Shown piece after piece: positions 15,780-20,990 of a stretch of 20,990 nucleotides of DNA (positions are counted from its first letter, which is position 1; every line of letters starts with the position of its first letter). Made by a program: the position numbers and the translations under genes. The notes beneath the pieces are model-generated. The model saw only the letters and a program-made list of their open reading frames with translations, was not told where the DNA came from and did no database searches. Origin of the DNA: Bdellovibrionota bacterium (GTDB taxonomy: Bacteria > Bdellovibrionota_C > UBA2361); the NCBI GenBank assembly GCA_044352465.1, contig JBILDU010000051.1, positions 1 to 20,990 of the forward strand, read 5' to 3'.

Positions 15780-16979
15780 CTACCGCACTAAGGTTTTTAT
15801 CGCCTGAACCAGTGCAGTCATCCCCGCCTCAACATTTGCATCCGCGGAGCTAATACTGACCCGAAACGCCCGGTCATCACCGAAAGCTTGGCCCGGCACG
15901 ACCGCTACCCCTCCCGCATCGAGGAGCGCCCCGGCGAGAGCTCCCGAACCTCCCAGTCGCACTCCCCCCGGAGTCTCCAGGAATTTTTCACACCGCACAA
16001 AAAGATAGAATGCCCCATCCGGTTCACCCGCAAGGGTCAAGAGCGGCTCGCTCACGAGGATCTCTTGAGCGAGCTTCATGCGCCGGCGGAAACTCGCCAC
16101 CATCGGAGCGATAAAATCGTGGCTCCCCTTCAGCGCGGCGAACGCGGCAGCCTGTGCAATCGTGCACACGTTCGACGTGGTCTGACTTTGATGCCGACCC
16201 ATCGCATCGAGGATCTCCTTCGGGCCGGCAGCGTACCCCACCCGCCACCCGGTCATTGAGTAGGTTTTGGAGAACGCATTGACCGTCACTGTCCGATCGA
16301 GAAGCTCGGGGCACACCGCACCGAACGAATGGAATTTGAAGGTGTCGAAACACAACTTTTCATACACCTCGTCCGAGATTATCCCCACGCGCGTCGGAGC
16401 AAGCACCTCTCCCAGCGCGCTCATCTCAGCCGCGGTATAACCGATTCCGGTGGGATTACTCGGGCTGTTGAGGACAACCCAGCGGGTGCGCGGAGAAAGG
16501 TGGGCTTGCAAAAGCTCGGGGGTGATTTTGAATCGATCCGACGGGCCGGTCGGCACGATCACAGGCTTGCCGCCTGCCAGCTCCACCATAGCCGGATAGC
16601 TTACCCAATACGGTGCCGGAATTATCACCTCATCACCCGGCTCAACCGTTACTTGAAACAACGCATACAGCGCTTGTTTCCCGCCGTTGGTAACGATTAC
16701 CTGCTCCGGCTTCGTGGGCAATCCGTTCTCACGGGTCAGTTTTTCCGCAAGCGCTTCGCGGAGCTCGGGGTTCCCGGAGACATTACCGTACTTCGTCTTG
16801 CCGAGACGAAGCGCCTCAACAGCTGCCGCTTTGATGTGTTCCGGAGTGTCGATATCGGGCTCCCCTGCGCTGAGATCAAAGATCGTGCGACCTTGCGCCT
16901 TCAATGCCGCCGCCTTCGCCTTAACCGCCAAGGTTTCAGAGGGCTGAAGCCGCCGAGCCCGCCCATTCGTGAGAACCAT
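15780..16979 (-). CDS. PLP-dependent class I/II aminotransferase (aspartate aminotransferase-like)
   Basis: GEPD, NSPSNPTG, SDEVYE, SKTYSMTGWRVGY (PLP lysine), GAFY, VVPG. Confidence 0.93.
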   Translation of the reverse strand: MVLTNGRARRLQPSETLAVKAKAAALKAQGRTIFDLSAGEPDIDTPEHIKAAAVEALRLGKTKYGNVSGNPELREALAEKLTRENGLPTKPEQVIVTNGGKQALYALFQVTVEPGDEVIIPAPYWVSYPAMVELAGGKPVIVPTGPSDRFKITPELLQAHLSPRTRWVVLNSPSNPTGIGYTAAEMSALGEVLAPTRVGIISDEVYEKLCFDTFKFHSFGAVCPELLDRTVTVNAFSKTYSMTGWRVGYAAGPKEILDAMGRHQSQTTSNVCTIAQAAAFAALKGSHDFIAPMVASFRRRMKLAQEILVSEPLLTLAGEPDGAFYLFVRCEKFLETPGGVRLGGSGALAGALLDAGGVAVVPGQAFGDDRAFRVSISSADANVEAGMTALVQAIKTLVR

Positions 16980-17028
16980 ATCCCCCCCCTCTCGAAATGC
17001 TTTTTAAACCTGCCTGAAATGCTTGCAG

Positions 17029-17526
17029 CTATCGTGTCGGAGTCGCCGTCGAAAATTTCCCGCGCAGCGCCACCGCCACCTCTTTGGGGACGAGCGCCTC
17101 GACCGAACCACCGAGTTGAGCAACCTGCTTGACGAGACTCGAGCTGATGTATGAGTTTTTCTCTCGGGCCATCAGGAACAATGTCTCGAGATCTTCGCAC
17201 AACGTCTTGTTCAAGAGCGCCATCTGGGCTTCATAGTCAAAGTCGCTGATCGCTCTGAGCCCCCGCACGACTACCCCACGTTCGAAACGCCGCGCAAAAT
17301 CTACCAAAAGTCCTGAAAAACTTTGAGCCGAGACCCGCTCGCCGCAATCAGCGAACTCACTGCGGATTAACGCCAACCGTTCCTCGACCGAAAAAAGAGT
17401 ATGCTTCGAAGGATTTTCCAGAACCCCGACGATGACCCGATCGAATATCTTCAAACAGCGCCGCACCACATCGGTATGACCGTTGGTCAAAGGGTCAAAT
17501 GAGCCAGGATATATCGCTATCGTCAC
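17029..17526 (-). CDS. coaD: Phosphopantetheine adenylyltransferase
   Basis: AIYPGSFDPLTNGH, RGLRAISDFDYE, ISSSLVK. Start placed at GTG 17526 (MTIAIYPG). Confidence 0.95.
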   Translation of the reverse strand: MTIAIYPGSFDPLTNGHTDVVRRCLKIFDRVIVGVLENPSKHTLFSVEERLALIRSEFADCGERVSAQSFSGLLVDFARRFERGVVVRGLRAISDFDYEAQMALLNKTLCEDLETLFLMAREKNSYISSSLVKQVAQLGGSVEALVPKEVAVALRGKFSTATPTR

Positions 17527-17739
17527 ACCAATGCCCCAATAGGTAAGCAGCCGTACCGTACCACAGCCGAGAAGAAAGGTCATGTCGTTTCCGTGCAGTG
17601 GTTTCCGGGAGACGCCGAGCGCAGCGGAACCTTGTTCGAGAAGCCCAGCACGGTGTAGACTGGGGCGATGAGGTGACAGCGCACGCGCGGCGAATCGTCA
17701 GCTCCCGTTTACTCAAAATGCGTCAGGATCAGTAAACCT

Positions 17740-18030
17740 ATGGATTTAGCGACTTTGGCCGCCAAGCAAAAAAGAGCAAAGGATTGGGCTGATTTTATCG
17801 CCGCGGGAGAGGTGCAGGATTCCGCCACAAAGCTCGCGATTGAGGAGCGCCTCGCCGCTTTTCGGGCGGCGCTCAAGCGGGTATGGGAATCTGAAACGGC
17901 ATCACCGGCTGACGAAGCCACAATTGAGGATCTCGAACGGCAACTTGTGCAGCTCAACGAAGAGGCACGGGTCCGGGTCGTTGGAAAGAGACTCCCAGGC
18001 TGTGGAACTTCCACATGTGGGTGCAAGTAG
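17740..18030 (+). CDS. Hypothetical helical protein with C-terminal CxxxxCxC tail, 96 aa
   Basis: Fills the gap between divergent coaD and the DsbD-like gene, ends 6 nt before the latter, amphipathic Glu/Ala/Leu/Arg-rich composition, ends PGCGTSTCGCK. Confidence 0.7.
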   Translation: MDLATLAAKQKRAKDWADFIAAGEVQDSATKLAIEERLAAFRAALKRVWESETASPADEATIEDLERQLVQLNEEARVRVVGKRLPGCGTSTCGCK

Positions 18031-18036
18031 CCCCCG

Positions 18037-19287
18037 ATGGAGCCCGCGGTTTCTGACCAATCGGCGGTCCTCCAGCTCCTCTCCGTCTTCGGTGCGGGGC
18101 TCGGAACGAGCCTTACGCCGTGTGTCTATCCGCTCATCCCCATAACTCTCGCACTGTTCGGCGCAACACCTGAAGCGGGTCGTTGGCGGGCATTTAGACT
18201 CGCGGTGACCTACGTGCTGGGTATCGCAACGACCTATACGGCGCTCGGTGTATTCTCGGCGAAAACCGGTGCGGTCTTCGGGTCGTTTTTGGGTAATCCA
18301 TTTGTCGTGGGGGCCCTCGCGTTCTTTCTAAGCCTCCTCGCGCTCTATTCCCTCGACCTTTTTCAGCTCCGGGGAGTGACGAAGCTTCAGGGGGTCGCAA
18401 GCTCGATCGGAGGTACGGGGTTTCGGGGAGCCTTTTTGATGGGCGCGGTCAGCGGCCTCGTAGCCGCGCCATGCGCTGGTCCGTGGCTCGTGGTGGTTCT
18501 CGGAATCGCTGCCGCTTCGCAAAGCACGACCTGGGGAGCGGTGCTTCTATTCACCTACGCCCTTGGTATGGGACTGCCGTTTATCGTGCTCGGCACCTTT
18601 CCGGCGCTCCTCCGCCGAGTCCCCCGCTCGGGAAACTGGCTTCTCGGAGCTAAGTTTTTGATGGCGAGCGCACTCCTTGGGGTGGCATTCATCCTCGTGC
18701 GGCCATTTCTCCCCGCTTTCTTAAGCGGCGAGCGTCTCCCCTTTTACCCCGTCGAGCACTTTGGGGCGTTTATCATAGGCCTGAGCGGTGCGTTCCTTGG
18801 CTGGTTTGGTTTTTGGCACAACAGAGGACTGCTCAAGTTTTCAGGTGCAGCTATCTTGGCGTGGGGGATATGCACCGCGTTCATCCCGCCGCCGACACAG
18901 ACAAGCCATCAGACGGCGGGTGCGGTCCAATGGTTTAGCCGGATCGAGGACGCCCTCAGCGCTGCGAAATCCCGCCAAGTCGTTGCCGTCGTCGATTTGT
19001 ACGCAGATTGGTGCAGTGCATGCAAAGAGCTCGAAAAGCTCACCTTCCCCGATCCGGCGGTGCAGCGTGCCCTCAGACAACTGGTGACTGCTCGTATCGA
19101 CTTCACCGTCGACTCTCCGGCGAACGGAGCGCTCGCTGAGCAATATAAGGTCGTAGGACTCCCCTGTATCTTGTTTCTGGACTCCGAGGGGCGGGAGCTA
19201 CCCGGATCTCGTATCACCGGATTTGTCAGTGCGTCGGAATTCGTAAATCATCTAAAGCGGGTGGTGCCCCAAGCTGTCGCCGATTAA
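18037..19287 (+). CDS. dsbD: DsbD/CcdA-type transmembrane disulfide reductase with C-terminal thioredoxin domain
   Basis: SLTPCVYPLIP and APCAGP transmembrane Cys motifs, multiple hydrophobic helices, DLYADWCSACKELE, RITGF. Confidence 0.88.
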   Translation: MEPAVSDQSAVLQLLSVFGAGLGTSLTPCVYPLIPITLALFGATPEAGRWRAFRLAVTYVLGIATTYTALGVFSAKTGAVFGSFLGNPFVVGALAFFLSLLALYSLDLFQLRGVTKLQGVASSIGGTGFRGAFLMGAVSGLVAAPCAGPWLVVVLGIAAASQSTTWGAVLLFTYALGMGLPFIVLGTFPALLRRVPRSGNWLLGAKFLMASALLGVAFILVRPFLPAFLSGERLPFYPVEHFGAFIIGLSGAFLGWFGFWHNRGLLKFSGAAILAWGICTAFIPPPTQTSHQTAGAVQWFSRIEDALSAAKSRQVVAVVDLYADWCSACKELEKLTFPDPAVQRALRQLVTARIDFTVDSPANGALAEQYKVVGLPCILFLDSEGRELPGSRITGFVSASEFVNHLKRVVPQAVAD

Positions 19288-19496
19288 CTCGGAGCGGGCG
19301 GGCGAATGAGGCGAGAGAACAGCCCCACGACTCTCCAGTACTCCAATCGAAATATTTTTCACCTAAGAGCCGCTCCGTTGGTGAGAATACCAGCAGCGAG
19401 GCGGCTGGGAGAGGGAAAAAAGTCTCCCGTCAGAGCACTCAAGCCTCCAGAGAGCACCGCCCCCGGTGTCCCGAAGCCTCAGCCGCACCACATCGA

Positions 19497-20141
19497 CTAC
19501 TGCTCTTGTAAGAGCTCTTGCAAGAGCTCATCCCGAGTCTTGGTACGGGCGTCGCTTTTAATCGCCGCAGCCTCGGACCCAGTCGATTCAGCGGTCACGG
19601 TCTCGGTCGGCCGCTCGGCCACCGCAGCGGCCGCATCAACCGACGCCGGTGGGGCACCCCCTTCAGTCGCAGCTACCGCCGCCTCGATCGCCCCACCCTG
19701 GGCTGGGGCCGGCTTAGCCGGAGTCTTCGAGGCCACCTTCGCATTCGCCTTGTCGACAAACTTTTTGGGCATCGCGTCATCACGAATAAGCAGCTCTTGA
19801 GGAATCTTGACGAGATCCCCGAGCCGCAACCGCCGCGGGTTGACCTCAGGATTGTGATCGAGGAGCGCCTCCCAGTTGCCGGACTGGCCGGTATACCACC
19901 GCGCGATGATCGCGAGCGTTTCCCCCGGATACATCACGGTATGGTAGGAGTACTCGGTGAGCGGCTCCTCAAATGTTCGCCGTTTCACCGGCGCGCAAGC
20001 TGCGCCGAGAAGGAATACAAGCACGACGCAGAAGTAACTCAAGCAGCTGCGACCGCCGTGCGTCTGTTCACCTCCGGTCCGTGCCACCCCACCCTTGCTG
20101 AGAGAGACAAGAAATCGATTCAAAAAGCGGCCGCGGCCCAT
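19497..20141 (-). CDS. LysM-domain putative lipoprotein (start uncertain)
   Basis: Hydrophobic VVLVFLLGAAC lipobox-like segment; YHTVMYPGETLAIIARWY...NPEVNPRRLRLGDLVKIP LysM domain; Ala-rich linker. Confidence 0.8.
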   Translation of the reverse strand: MGRGRFLNRFLVSLSKGGVARTGGEQTHGGRSCLSYFCVVLVFLLGAACAPVKRRTFEEPLTEYSYHTVMYPGETLAIIARWYTGQSGNWEALLDHNPEVNPRRLRLGDLVKIPQELLIRDDAMPKKFVDKANAKVASKTPAKPAPAQGGAIEAAVAATEGGAPPASVDAAAAVAERPTETVTAESTGSEAAAIKSDARTKTRDELLQELLQEQ

Positions 20142-20396
20142 TTTTGAAAGGGCTTCCGCAGCTACTCGAGTTCTGGAAATTCGACGCATGATGCGCTCTC
20201 CGAAGATAGAAACGGCGTGGGGAGGTCCCGGCCACCGGCACCTCTGCAAAGAATTAACATACAGCGCACCACCCCGCGAGCCCCCCTTGTGGTTCGAATC
20301 GAAGCGCCCCGACAAACTGCCCGGAGCTCCGAGCAGCGGCCCTCCCCACTACGGTGAGGCTATAGCCGAGCCCCGACCGTCACGGGCAGCAACCCA

Positions 20397-20990
20397 TCAC
20401 TGTGGAAACGGGATACCGGAGATCCGTGCGATCGCTCCTTTGATAGCCGCCCGCACCTCCGCCGAATCCTCAATCGACAGGCGCGCCGAAAGGTAGCTCA
20501 ACGCGCGACGGTCACCGAGCGCCTCAAGAGAGCGTGCGATTTGGATCCGCACAACCGGATCGTGATCATCGAGCACCAGCACAAGTCGGGGAACAACTCG
20601 CCGATCGCCGAGCTCGGCCAGCACTTTGGCAGCTTCAACCCGAACAAGGTAAGCATCGTTCCTCAGGGGCGACACCGCCGCATCGGCGAGCTGGGGGATT
20701 CGACGTTGGAGCCCGACCCTCAAGGCCTCGATAACGGTCCCCTCCGCGCTCGTTTGCCCGACGATAAGACCCAGGATCTGTTTATCGGAAAGCTCACGAA
20801 TCGGCGTCCCTGGCTCAGCTTTTTCCCAAGTCAATTTCTCGACGAGGAGAGGCACGAGCGGTGCATCCCCCGGAGACTCCACGTGCACCTGTGGTGCGAG
20901 CGCCGGCGGCCGACCGGTTGTGGCAAGCCGCTCTTCGATCTCCTCCGGTGACGGACCCACCTTGTCCGCCCCCGGCGTTCGAACGAGCTC
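20397..20990 (-). CDS. HEAT/PBS-lyase-repeat protein, C-terminal part (truncated by window edge)
   Basis: Repeats LRNDAYLVRVEAAKVLAELGD / LDDHDPVVRIQIARSLEALGD / EDSAEVRAAIKGAIARI; frame stays open to the window end. Confidence 0.85.
   Translation of the reverse strand, partial: ELVRTPGADKVGPSPEEIEERLATTGRPPALAPQVHVESPGDAPLVPLLVEKLTWEKAEPGTPIRELSDKQILGLIVGQTSAEGTVIEALRVGLQRRIPQLADAAVSPLRNDAYLVRVEAAKVLAELGDRRVVPRLVLVLDDHDPVVRIQIARSLEALGDRRALSYLSARLSIEDSAEVRAAIKGAIARISGIPFPQ

Noticed and set aside
20291..20300. GGTTCGAATC tRNA T-loop-like motif
   Set aside because: Flanks do not form a T-stem or acceptor stem; no cloverleaf.
1..20990. CRISPR arrays, transposases/integrases, prophage or defence genes
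   Set aside because: No regularly spaced repeats or recognisable recombinase, phage or nuclease motifs seen; nearly all space is filled by identifiable genes.

Overview
GC-rich bacterial chromosomal window (standard code 11) made mostly of housekeeping genes. In order: the 3' end of an acyl-CoA carboxyltransferase, a small epsilon/delta-like subunit, a biotin carrier, a YheT-like hydrolase, a DUF192 protein, etfBA, a giant orphan TadE-like prepilin, a Ski2/HelY-type helicase encoded as two in-frame ORFs, a MlaF-like ABC ATPase, dusB, a PAS-like hybrid histidine kinase, a cold-shock protein, rlmN, ndk, an aminotransferase, coaD, a small Cys-tailed protein, a DsbD-like reductase, a LysM lipoprotein and a partial HEAT-repeat protein. 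I saw no mobile element, CRISPR array, rRNA or tRNA. The most unusual signals are: (1) the SF2 helicase split between its two RecA domains by TGA-TAG-ATG; (2) the ABC ATPase carrying both degenerate-site substitutions (Walker B E>D, switch H>Q) with no permease in the window; (3) a 752-aa, 16-Cys TadE-like pseudopilin behind a structured leader; (4) heavily structured RNA on both sides of the cold-shock gene. All protein calls come from motif recognition by eye, and all RNA structures from manual base-pairing; no searches or folding programs were run.
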